64,000 nt of DNA from positions 383,502 to 447,501 of the forward strand of contig MU004182.1 in assembly GCA_010093605.1 (NCBI GenBank), in the 5' to 3' direction. The position numbers were made by a program, and so were the translations under genes. This document shows, piece after piece, positions 39,201 to 48,433 of this stretch. The notes below the pieces were generated by a model, which worked only from the letters and a program-made list of their open reading frames with translations, was not told where the DNA came from and made no database searches. Positions within the stretch are counted from its first letter, which is position 1, and each line of letters starts with the position of its first letter. The DNA is from Lophium mytilinum (taxonomy: Eukaryota).

Positions 39201-40142
39201 CACATCCTCCTCACTCCCGTCTCCACCCCTTTCCACAATCATCTTCAACTCCCCCTTCGCCCTCTCCACCTCCTCCTCCCCCACCTTCTCCACCCACGCC
39301 ACCCTCGTAAATGGCCCCCTAACCACCTCATTCACATGCAACACCCTCCTCTCCCGCCACCAACACTTCCCAAACCAAAACGCATCCAAATACGGACTCT
39401 CCATCCTCATCCCCCCCCTCTCCACCCTCCCACTCTCCATAAACTGCAGTACAAACCGCGCCAACGTCGCCGCATTAACCCCGCTTTGCGTAAACATCAG
39501 CGGCAAGCTCACCACATTCTCAGAATGGTCGCTATACACGATCATCGCCGCGGGGCGGATGAAGAGGATACCGAGGAGGAACCGCCGCCACGGCTGCGCT
39601 TTAAACACCTCTTCCGCTTGGTACAGCCACTGCATGTGCACGCGCTCCACGCTCTCCGGGTCGAAGGCGGACGCGGTCGAGTGCTCGCATAGCAGCGCGA
39701 CGTTGCTGTACCAGGCGGCGCCGGCGCCGGTGTAGAGTGCGAAGGGGGGGTGCATCGGGGGCGGTTCCATGGCGGTGTGGGAGTCGGCGAGGGCGTAGAA
39801 GCGTTTGCGTCGTGGGCCGAGAGGCGGGACGAGGTGTTTGGTGTAGATTAGGTTGAGGTCGCCGAGGAGGTCCGGGTGGAAGGCGGTTGTGATGGCTTTG
39901 TGGAAGGAGGCGGGCGCCCAGTTTTCGTTGCAGTTGCCGAGGGGGATTAGGGGCGCGAGGAGCTGGGTGGCTGCGCTGCGGGTGTCGTCGTCGAAGGAGG
40001 CTTCGAATTCGTCTAGGCCGGAGAAGGGGGGGAGGAGGGGCGCTGGGTTGATTTCGGGACGGCGGGGGACGTCGGGGAAGAAAGAGGGGGTGTAGGAGAA
40101 GACATGCTCGTGGAGAATAGTGAAGCAGGTTTCGTAACACAT
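36258..40142 (-). CDS. Fungal-type protein kinase (FunK1/Pkinase_fungal-like) with large internal insertion
   Basis: QPWRRFLLGIL, VLKTSW, PEVEIM, RDAII...VMHGDISIDNI, GTLIDWSNA, HSTPGF and HDMDSFYLVLL follow the FunK1 motif order in one open frame of about 1290 aa. Start codon uncertain. Confidence 0.72.
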   Translation of the reverse strand: MCYETCFTILHEHVFSYTPSFFPDVPRRPEINPAPLLPPFSGLDEFEASFDDDTRSAATQLLAPLIPLGNCNENWAPASFHKAITTAFHPDLLGDLNLIYTKHLVPPLGPRRKRFYALADSHTAMEPPPMHPPFALYTGAGAAWYSNVALLCEHSTASAFDPESVERVHMQWLYQAEEVFKAQPWRRFLLGILFIRPAAMIVYSDHSENVVSLPLMFTQSGVNAATLARFVLQFMESGRVERGGMRMESPYLDAFWFGKCWWRERRVLHVNEVVRGPFTRVAWVEKVGEEEVERAKGELKMIVERGGDGSEEDVEMDEGSGEDDGEEVVGMVERADVTGAPKAVPISFACRGGFVQAVTAMEQTPKEPYKASETQGAGEDITMADAPSQETNDLASSGTEGSSSAPIGVEDAVMTNVSNPTLQDLPPIVEDTELPEGRDDASVAAKDGSENGDERTGADFPSDDANDYQVHPEHVDEDWEDTSVSDDDDWRTSTKEGPETPLPRLRVTSDSSESTERRKKPQKTNARKRYRSSSTSESEDSDDAETPSPKRRRRYSDISSSDIEYDSPPYRRMDNGLAPRRGPTLNKTVYEDCGVESPLPLGFRMDDYWAAQGKFRGHSQLKTGYFDWNDSELSVGEVAAIKNLHDRLDDWHKEIYNYEEETKQRNNPEIAKQLQDLKDDRYREKAQRTEALLELFWANRHHAGFPFTKEGGDDTKGWKMKLENNEWCLEGSDMCKNETRQQLVFEHAYTKRERTENNMSLEEKQAYGVADTGYVKAAKTYLHDPLTVDEDGADGSGGGREGVSANACVLKTSWELVGPSKNSLPRPEVEIMRDFLVVNIRGIPTPYWINSAWPEDAEGQAIASGQVPSCYAEVADINPQNPPRKMTQLLTPYCTPLSDVVRSLRRPKDLMRIVRDAIIVYYDAWMSGDRGVMHGDISIDNIVVPRQYTPLTGNTTFSDRWGTLIDWSNALDNHGLSWRGLTHSTPGFTSPYLSIPADLTHRNLCHDMDSFYLVLLQCATEAPPHLHYADGPAPRFMREMAVLGVGSGAHQKIPDDHGWELLKPSMRAAYLADAEWWACMQELGNVLHRGRCQRVKCVVKPPPTEAPLREARRYEKASRAEDEWKRSEHQVWLGKQAERREEWRKKEWFRVREGIPKSYVWEPDRERQTGRLWREDKEDIEENGKRDFEWRAEYEGFLHGGTFERVEEERDQDVKRFLEAVRVMDEYLGDGKAGEEFAKIHEKREEWLRRKLEKEKAKRDEAEKADMLNMVVKPVDDNLRRFLLRQQMILSWKP

Positions 40143-40658
40143 GGTGGGAGTGTGGGTTATGTAGCTGGTCAGGTTGGTGCTGTGGGGGTGTGGTAGGGCG
40201 GGATTGGTGTAGGTGCGCTGGCAAGCTGAAGAAAAATACAAACATATAAGTATGCGAGATAGTGTTGTGTTTGGGTGAATGTTAGCCAAGTGCTTCTTTG
40301 ACACTAGGCGAAGTGTCTTGATGGAGTCGTTGGACGGCGAATATTGGCAACTATGGAGAAATAGGTGAATAGATAATAACAGAGGCGATTAAAGCTAGTG
40401 AAAGTCAGCCGGAAACGAAGGTGTTGTTGAAGGGAGTTCCCCGAGCTTCGCTTTAGCACTCTACCTTTACCTGTTGTGTGCCTTCTTCTAAGTGTATACT
40501 TTGCGAAAATATTCAGACCACTTTAACACGCAGTGGCAATGGTACTGCGCAAGATAGGTGCTTAACGATAGCCTACAGGAGAAGTGAGGTGATAGTGTGA
40601 GCGAGTGTAGGTCTATGTTTGGTTTAATTCTGCCAATCCCCAACTAATTCAAACAGCA

Positions 40659-40860
40659 GGTCCCTCGGCTCAGTTCGTTCAGCGCCACCAACGAGCCCCT
40701 CAGGGGTTGTGAGTTTGACTCCAGCCCTTGTTGACATTATGGCTTTCCTATAGATTCGACTGCAAAGTCGCGCGGAAACGCAATAAGTCCATCTTGTCAC
40801 GGAGCAAACTCTTCGGAGTTTCTACACCCTCCTCGAGGAGGGTGGTCTTTTGCTCTTTTT
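40659..40860 (+). ncRNA. Candidate structured ncRNA or tRNA-headed SINE-like element (identity unknown)
   Basis: A-box-like CGGCTCAGTTCG (40666-40677), B-box-like GAGTTTGACTCC (40711-40722), nested stems with GCAA, GAAA and cUUCGg tetraloops, a 20-bp palindromic hairpin, then T4 and T5 runs. Confidence 0.5.
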
Positions 40861-41112
40861 GAAAAACTGCGGCCTAATCTTGTTGCTTGTACTACTTCGC
40901 GGACTGCATGTAGACCCCCCTTATTTTTCTAGGAGGAGCGCATCTTAACTTAAGGATTATGGAACGAATGCGAAATAGAAATGAGATGTGGTTCATCCAG
41001 CGCTGTAAATTTATTGCCGCATCGGGATTACTGAAAGATATCCAAGAACTATGTTTACGCCCAGTAGTCTTTACGAAGAGCTAGGGCCTCACCATAACCC
41101 GTCCTTACCTAT

Positions 41113-42099
41113 CTACCTATCCTCCTGCTCCAAGACTTCAACCGGAACTCCTGTACTCTTTCCACGTAAATCGGCTTTCAAGACCTCCACCACCTCTTCT
41201 GGCTTTCCCATCCCCTCTGTGCCCCCTCTCCCATCCACCACTTTCCCAAGGACATCAAACACCTCAGCTACCTTCCCAAAGACTTGTCCCTGAGCACCCC
41301 AGCCTCCCTCTTCCTCAAAACAGGTCCCGATCTGGTTCATCTCTTCCACCCACCGATACGCTTTCGGGGGACAGCCCACCAAGCCCCTCGCCGCCAGCTG
41401 TCCTACCGCCGGAGTGTATTCCTCGAGGTACTTCTGCATTTGTGGCAGGACATCTAGCGAGGAAGCCGTGCTGAAGGACTGTAGCGCTAGAGCGGCAATG
41501 CCCTTGTTTATAGCACCAAAGCAACACTTCAAACCCGACGCGGAACCAATTGTAGGGGACACGTATTCGGTGTTCAGCGTATCCGCTAGATGTTGGCCGC
41601 TAACTGGGGCCGCATTGAGGGCGTGAGGCCCCGATATGGGGATACCAGGGCGTTTCCAGGTCGAGTCTGAAGCGAGCGAGGGCGGGCCGCCGATGATGCC
41701 ACCGTCTACAAATCGTAGCGCCGGAGTCTGGGACTCAAAAGTAGCATTGATGGCGCGGGCGGTAGAAGGCGCTATCGCGTTGAGGTCAAGGAAGTAGAGG
41801 GGGTGGCCAGAGGTTGCTCGTGGAGCTGGCGTCGAATTGAGAGCGCTGATGATGCGGCCGGCGGTCACCACAGCGTCTCGGGGAGGGACTATGGAGAGGA
41901 TGTAGTCGCATTGCGCGACGAGCTCTGTGTCAGTGTTTACTAGGCTGATTGAGGCCGAAGATGCGCGCGCCTGGGTTGCAGAGCTGCGGTTTGCAGCGTT
42001 TGTGAAGACGCGGTAGTTGTGGGCTTGGAGCAGTTTGGCTATGCCCAAGCCCATGCTACCGATTGACAGGATGCCGATGTTGGCGAGCGGAGCAGACAT
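41113..42099 (-). CDS. NAD(P)-binding 6-phosphogluconate-dehydrogenase-like protein (DUF1932 C-terminus)
   Basis: IGILSIGSMGLGIA Rossmann motif, ILSIVPP, FLDLNAIAP, FVDGGIIGGPP, ASGLKCCF, KAYRWVEEM. Confidence 0.82.
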   Translation of the reverse strand: MSAPLANIGILSIGSMGLGIAKLLQAHNYRVFTNAANRSSATQARASSASISLVNTDTELVAQCDYILSIVPPRDAVVTAGRIISALNSTPAPRATSGHPLYFLDLNAIAPSTARAINATFESQTPALRFVDGGIIGGPPSLASDSTWKRPGIPISGPHALNAAPVSGQHLADTLNTEYVSPTIGSASGLKCCFGAINKGIAALALQSFSTASSLDVLPQMQKYLEEYTPAVGQLAARGLVGCPPKAYRWVEEMNQIGTCFEEEGGWGAQGQVFGKVAEVFDVLGKVVDGRGGTEGMGKPEEVVEVLKADLRGKSTGVPVEVLEQEDR

Positions 42100-42203
42100 G
42101 ATGTGGCAATATGTACAGGATTGAGAAAGGAAATATCTACAATGTTGTTCACGGCGACTTACGTGCTTTGAAGTGAGAGTGACGAGATACGTCGTCGGAG
42201 ATA

Positions 42204-42895
42204 CCGTATGGCGTTTCCCTAGATTACTAACTAGGGGTTAACACGGAGTAGATAGTATCTCCGCGCCGAATCACGAGTCTACTTGAATTTGGCCAGAATG
42301 TTGTGTAAACGCCATATTCTATGCAACTTTATTCGCTTCAACTGTGTAGTTTACCTAATTATATATTTTCCGCGTAATCCTAGGGCCGCTGTGCAAGTAA
42401 GTTATAGCATAACTTTATATTTGGTAAAATCTCATGTTCGGCGTAAATTCGGGGTTAGTATGCTACTAGCAGTCTTATGTATTACTAGAGATTTTACTAG
42501 AGCTCTCTCTTAAGAAGTTGCAACGCTATTAAAATAAAAATACTCTATTAATTCCTAGCTAAGAAAGTTTACCTAGATGCTCCTGCCCCTGCTTCTGCGC
42601 AAATTACCTAGATTAGGTGGTAGAGTATAGCCTGCATACCTGCGTACCGTGCTGCTGTTGCCCAGCCGCTATTAGGTCGCTGTTCATCGCATGTTTGGAA
42701 AAACCGTTCATGTTCGGATTAATGATTCATATTTAGAAAAACTCCAAGTTAGCGCAGTAACTCTATATTAGGTGCTACTTTGCATCTATTAGAACATGGC
42801 ACATACGCAAAATTAGCTGCAACATTGCTTTGCTGCAGAGAGGCTGCTTGCTCAGTACTGATTCCGTGTTAGGGATCTAGGGAAACGCCGTACGG
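42204..42895. mobile_element. Non-autonomous Tc1/mariner-type element, 692 bp, RIP-like decay
   Basis: TIR CCGTA(T/C)GGCGTTTCCCTAGAT (42204-42224 and 42875-42895; 20/21 match) flanked by TA at 42202-42203 and 42896-42897. Interior is AT-rich with many TpA/CTAG and no transposase ORF. Confidence 0.82.
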
Positions 42896-43396
42896 TAGTA
42901 TAGCCTAAAGTCCTAGTCGTCCAGTCGGAGTCACGTGGACCCGACTGGGGGTCTCACTGAACGTCAGAGCTTCCCGTCTGACAAACAATCAAAGATACAA
43001 TCATCGAGAGTAAGCCGCTGCTCTGGCTTCCCCATCTCTGACTTAATTCTGAAATATCTTGAAGTCCACTTGCACTACGTTGCGATTCTGTAGACGCCGC
43101 TTAGTCCCTAGTTTGTACAGCTGTGGGCATCGGCGCCAGAGTAGAAACAAGTCGCAATACAAATCCATCAAAAGGCTCATATTGCCATCTCAGTTCACCG
43201 TCTCAAGTTACATATTTCAGTCTTTGAACGTTTTTGACCATCTACATCGGGTGCTTAGCGGCGGCGTTGAATCGAGTGCAATTGAGGCAGTTTCCACGCA
43301 GCCGGCCCCATCACGAACGCCAGCAACCAACCAAGCTTTAGAGCACCTTGTTGGCCCGGAATATTAGCTTGGTAATAGCATCATTGCGCCATCATC

Positions 43397-44250
43397 ATGA
43401 AGGCTTTCAACTCTTCCGTCGGCATCCTCTCGCTGTTCGGCAACCTCATCTCACCAGGAACGCCAGAGACTCAACACCCCGTCGCCGCCATGTCTGTCTC
43501 TACGTACAGCCTCCCGGCTCTCCCATATGCCTACAATGTAAAGTGACCAGCCTTTAGAACAGCAGCAGCACGTTTGCTGATACCCCGCAGGCCCTCGAAC
43601 CGCACATCTCGGCTCAGATCATGGAGCTGCATCACAGCAAGCACCACCAGACGTACATCACGAATCTGAATGCTGCCCTAAAGTCCCAGCAAGAAGCGAT
43701 TCAGTCTTCAGATATCCCAGCCCAGGTGTCCCAGCAGCAGGCTTTCCGCTTCAATGCCGGCGGTCACATCAACCACTCCCTCTTCTGGCAGAACCTAGCC
43801 CCAGCCAGCTCTGCTGAGGCCAAGTCATCAGCGGCGCCGAAGCTTGTGGCAAAGATCAAGCAGACATGGGGTGATGAGAAGGCGTTTCAGGATGCTTTCA
43901 AGGCCACGCTGTTGGGCATCCAGGGAAGTGGATGGGGATGGCTGGTCAAGGTCCAAATTGGCCAGGAAGAGCGACTGACAATCGTGACCACCAAGGACCA
44001 GGACCCAGTCGTCGGAAAGGGTGAAGTACCGATCCTCGGTGTCGATATGTGGGAGCATGCATACTATCTCCAGGTGAGACTTGATATCCAAGTACGGCGT
44101 CGTGAATCATTGCTAATAGCAGTTTAGTACCTGAATGGTAAGGCCGCTTACGTGGAGAACATCTGGAGTGTTATCAACTGGAAGACTGCAGAGGAGCGCT
44201 ATCTGGGAAAGCAGGCAGACGCCTTCAAGGTGCTAAAGGCTGGTCTCTAG
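43397..44250 (+). CDS. Manganese superoxide dismutase
   Basis: YSLPALPYAYN|ALEPHISAQIMELHHSKHHQTY, FNAGGHINHSLFW, GIQGSGWGWL, DMWEHAYYLQ|YLNGK; two introns; second in-frame ATG at 43490. Confidence 0.95.
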
Positions 44251-44718
44251 GCACCTCGTCCAAGCGACTCACGTTTCTTTGGGCCTGACTTCTCGACTGA
44301 GAACGACCTCGGGAGATGAAATGTCTAAGATATCTCATGGCGCCTAAAATGGAGAAATGAAAAGCCTAGAATGTGACATTGCTTACAGATATCCAAACTT
44401 GAGAATCAGGGACTCCTGTTATTGAAACCTGCTTATCTGCGAGACACACCATTACACTAAATACATCAAATTGGTAGCGATCTAGCCTTTCTTAAAATCA
44501 GTACCGTGATGGTACGTACCCAAGTGCATTGTACCCTAATGGACCACCAACTCTTGGCAAATCACTCAAACTTGCTCACTCATTTACTCACTCAACGATT
44601 TACGGCCCCGCCTTCCACTCTCCATTTACATATAACCATTATCTGCTTCTTAGGCCAGGCCAAACATCCAATCCACTCTCACTCTCGAGTTCTAACAACA
44701 AACACAACTCCACCCACA

Positions 44719-45271
44719 ATGTGCAACGGCGAATCATCCAGAGCCAGCCAAGGCGGCCTGGTCGCTATCCTCCACCCACTCTACGACTCCAACAAAACAT
44801 TCCACAAGGCAGCTCGGAGCCAAACATGGCATTTGTTCTTCAATGACATCCAGAGCGGGCAGACAGACTCGACCATGGTGCAATTTTCGCAAGATCTGGA
44901 TCTGATGACTTCGTCGAGGGCTTCGAGGGTGGATATACAGTAAGTCGAAATGCCAATTCTCATGCTTTCATGCATTTCTCAAAAACTTCTTTCTCAAGAT
45001 CCTCTGAACCCGTACTGATGATTTAAGTCGTGACGGCGATCTCTCCCAATCGGTTTCGCCAACCGCCTCCTCCCCACAGACACCACTCTACTCATTCCCT
45101 GTACGGCCAGAGGGTTTATGGAAGACTACAGGAGGAGCCGAGATGGGTATATCGCCGCGACTTCCCCTCGAGGTCGGAGGAGATGGAATTGTGGGACGGA
45201 GAGTGTCTGTTGTTTCTGAGACGCGGGCTGGCGAGACCTGTATCGCGGAAGGCATTATTGGATGGAATTAA
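44719..45271 (+). CDS. 154-aa protein with degenerate Cu/Zn-SOD/CCS-like fold
   Basis: Exons 44719-44939 and 45028-45271 (intron GTAAGT...TACTGAT...AAG) join to 465 nt and read ...RVDIHRDGDLS...LPLEVGGDGIVGRRVSVV...CIAEGIIGWN*. Confidence 0.65.
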
Positions 45272-45567
45272 TCACCTCGAGTATGGACGACGGTTGATTA
45301 TAGTGCGGCTGGTTGCATTTGAATCACGATATGCGGTTAATGGGTCTAGTATCTCTCATCTTTTTCTGCGCTGGTCAAGAGAAGGTGGCGTCTTTCTGAA
45401 TTTTGATGTGGGGTTTCTTGTCCTCGCCAACATGGCTGTCAGCTTTCTGCACTTTCTGCCGTATAGGTCATTGCTTTCTCATCAAATGACATAGATCAAC
45501 CGGTGCGAACCTCTCACCTGAGCTGTTCTGAATCCCCGGAAACGTGCAGAAACACCAGTATAGCCCC

Positions 45568-46413
45568 CTAATCGCAACAAGAGCAGTCATTACACGTCTC
45601 AGCCTGAACAGTCGGCGGCGTCGCACACGTCGGAACCGACGTAAAAGCCGCATACGTATAAGTAGCCGGCGCATCCTCCAGCGTCGTCACCTTCACCAAC
45701 ACCGGAATCGCAGCTCCAGTCCCGAGACTGAACGCCCGGTGTCCAAGCACTTCCAACCTCATTAGCCCCTTTCCCCAATAAAAGACAAACTCTCATAACA
45801 AGAAGACCTCATCCCAACTCACCTCTCAACAAACTCGCAATCTCCTTGGAATGACTCGTACCACTAACATAAGTACCCCCATCCCCCTCAGCACCTCATC
45901 CAACACCCTCCTACTCCTCAAATCCTGACCCCCACCCGTCTCCGCCCGCCCCGCCTCCCACAGCCCATCCCCCTCCTCAAACCCCTCCTCAAACCCAAAC
46001 CCCGGATACGCCCCCATAATCTCCCCCCCTCGTCCCCCTCCTATCACACATAAACGCCGTAATATGTTCCCTAAACCCCTCCCTCACCACCGGCCTCCAC
46101 CCCTCCTTCCCCACCTCCAACCCCCCAAACGTCAACCACACCGTCTCTAAACACCGCCGCAGCGGACTCGTAAATTACCGCTGCGGCACCGGCACCCCCC
46201 GCAAAACCAACCGCTCCCAAGACGCGCGCACCGCGAGCGCCTGCGCCCGCCCCACCGCCGTGAGGCGTGGGTGGTGGGGGAGTCTTGGAGGAAGAGGTTG
46301 GGGATGGTGGTGTAGTTTAGGTAAGTGGCATCGTGAGGAGGGGGTTTTGGGTGGGCGTTGACGATGAGGGATGTGCTTAGGAAGCAGATGGCGGAGAGGA
46401 GTGAGGGGTGCAT
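45568..46413 (-). pseudogene. Phosphoglycerate-mutase-like (Pmu1-type histidine phosphatase) pseudogene
   Basis: Signal peptide and FLQD N-terminus, then a frame change to RLTAVGRAQA...PQR*FTSPLRRCLET...CDRR...FEEGFEEGDGLW. The RHG catalytic segment is absent; TAA at 46177-46175. Confidence 0.72.
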
Positions 46414-47109
46414 TTTTGCGATTGAAGAGGCTTAGTTGATAGGGTAAAGATGCAGTTGACAAGATAGATATGCAGAGCAAAGTAGGAATTGAAGAAGAAA
46501 AGATAAAATTATAGAGTATTTATAGGCCAGATATACATCTTGGTCCGGTTATTGACTTTGATTGCATGGCTCAAGGCCGTGGGTCCATGGCTCGAGGCAA
46601 TGATCACGTGAAAATCGATCGTAATAGGACGAGAAGGACAACGCCTGAGTACTCGAGAGCTGAAGACCTGTTATTTCCGTGTACTCTTGTTGAATATCCG
46701 GGCTCGCCTACGAAGCCGTGTACACAAAGGGCTACTAGAGAGACCTCAGGACGCTCACCTGGCCGCCTCGGACAGCGTTCTCTTGCCAAGCTGTGGGTAG
46801 AAGTAAGAAAATCACGAACATGGTCTGGCAACCTATGGGAATCATTAGAATTTACTGGATCTGTCGGAATTGAACTCCCTCAACTCTTATAGAAAACCGC
46901 GCCCGATGCTCCAGGCCCAATAAGCCAACTGAACCACAACCTAAACAGATGAGACAAGGCACCGAGAATCGAGGGACTCCTTCTAGCCACCCTATTCCCT
47001 CTCCCGCAGCACTTCCTCCAAGCCCATATGGAGAATGTTTGCACACAAGACGAATCGAACCCACGAATATCAATGAAACCACAAGCGCCGCACACGCTCT
47101 CGGGGCAGT

Positions 47110-47996
47110 CTAGCAATTGCATCCTCCTGCGCCTTGCGCCTGGTTTGCTTCGGGCCTCAGATTGACGCCTTGGCGCCCGCCGGGGCCCGACCTGATGTTG
47201 CGTGGGCCTGCCTGGTCCAGCGGCAGCTTCTTGGCGATTGCGGTGAAGAGTTCCCGAACGTTCTCGGCGGTTTTGGCAGAGGTTTCAAAGAATAGCAGGC
47301 CGGCTTCTTTTGCGTACTGCTCTGCATCGATGGTGGTGATGGCGCGCTTATCCGGGCTCTCCGTCACCAGATCCAGCTTGTTGCCGGCGAGGGCGATGAT
47401 GATATTCTCGTTAGCTTGTCGTTGCAGCTCCTTTACCCACGCCTTCGCCTTATCTAGAGAGGACTGTCTGCGGTCAGCAAAGGGTTTGTTCTGGGAGGGT
47501 GGAGCCTCCCAAACATACTGCTTGCGTAATATCGTAAACTACCACGGCGCAGTTGGCGTTCCTGTAGTACATGGGCGCCAGAGACTTGTAGCGCTCCTGT
47601 CCAGCGGTATCCCATATCTCGAACTTGACTGTGGTGGTTTCGTCGAGGGCGATGGTCTGGGTGAGGAAAGCGGCGCCGATGGTCGACTCTCGGTAGTCAT
47701 CGAACTGGTCCTGGTGATTGTTAGCATATATGTCCGGAGTAGCTGCATACATAGGGGCTCCGCTGACCTTTACAAACCGTAGGACGAGCGAGCTCTGGTA
47801 GAATCGTCAATACATGTAAACTGCTGCCTTGATAGCCGTTCAACGAACCTTTCCTACGGCAGATTCACCTGTACACCTATTAGCGGAGGTTCTCGGAGAC
47901 GTTCCTCCTCGCTGAATCCATACCTAGTAGCACCAGCTTGAACTGTGCGAAGCGGGTCCCTCCAGGACGGGCGCCTTGTTGCATCCGCGCGGCCAT
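47110..47996 (-). CDS. Rab5-family GTPase (Ypt52/RabB type)
   Basis: [61 protein letters not shown]-terminal CNC prenylation motif; includes two micro-exons. Confidence 0.95.
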
Positions 47997-48433
47997 GGTT
48001 GATGGAGTGGAGTGGAGGAGCGAGGGGGCCGTCGGACGCGGAGGTGCTGAAGCAGGCGGGTAGCAGACGGGTGCGGATATGGGTAGGTCGGCGGGAGTGA
48101 CGGTCGTCGGGATCAGTGTGTCTTGGGGGCGGCGGTGTCGGTGGACGATGAAAGATGTTGAGGGTCGGTTTGAAAGGACGCAGCCCTGTGATGGAGGACC
48201 AAGGACCGAAAGCTTGGCACTTGCTGCGCTCCGCCGCAGGTCGCCTCTTGCCTTTGTTGTCGTCATCCCTGGCTGCCCGTGATATTTGCTCCCTCACCGA
48301 ACACCACAACACCACCCGTATACTCGACCTTGCCTTGCTTCCACCACTTCACCGAGGGCACACTGTGATAGCTTCATCGCGCGACCAAGGCAGAGCTGCG
48401 AGGGGCCCTCGAGCAGTCGCGGATCCAGCTGCA

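Noticed and set aside
40691..40710. tRNA-Sec or opal suppressor (TCA at a hairpin tip)
   Set aside because: The loop is 3 nt, not a 7-nt anticodon loop, and no acceptor stem or TTC arm forms a cloverleaf.
42921..42947. Small hairpin CAGTCGG...CCGACTG around CACGTG
   Set aside because: A 7-bp stem in isolation is compatible with chance or a simple promoter site.
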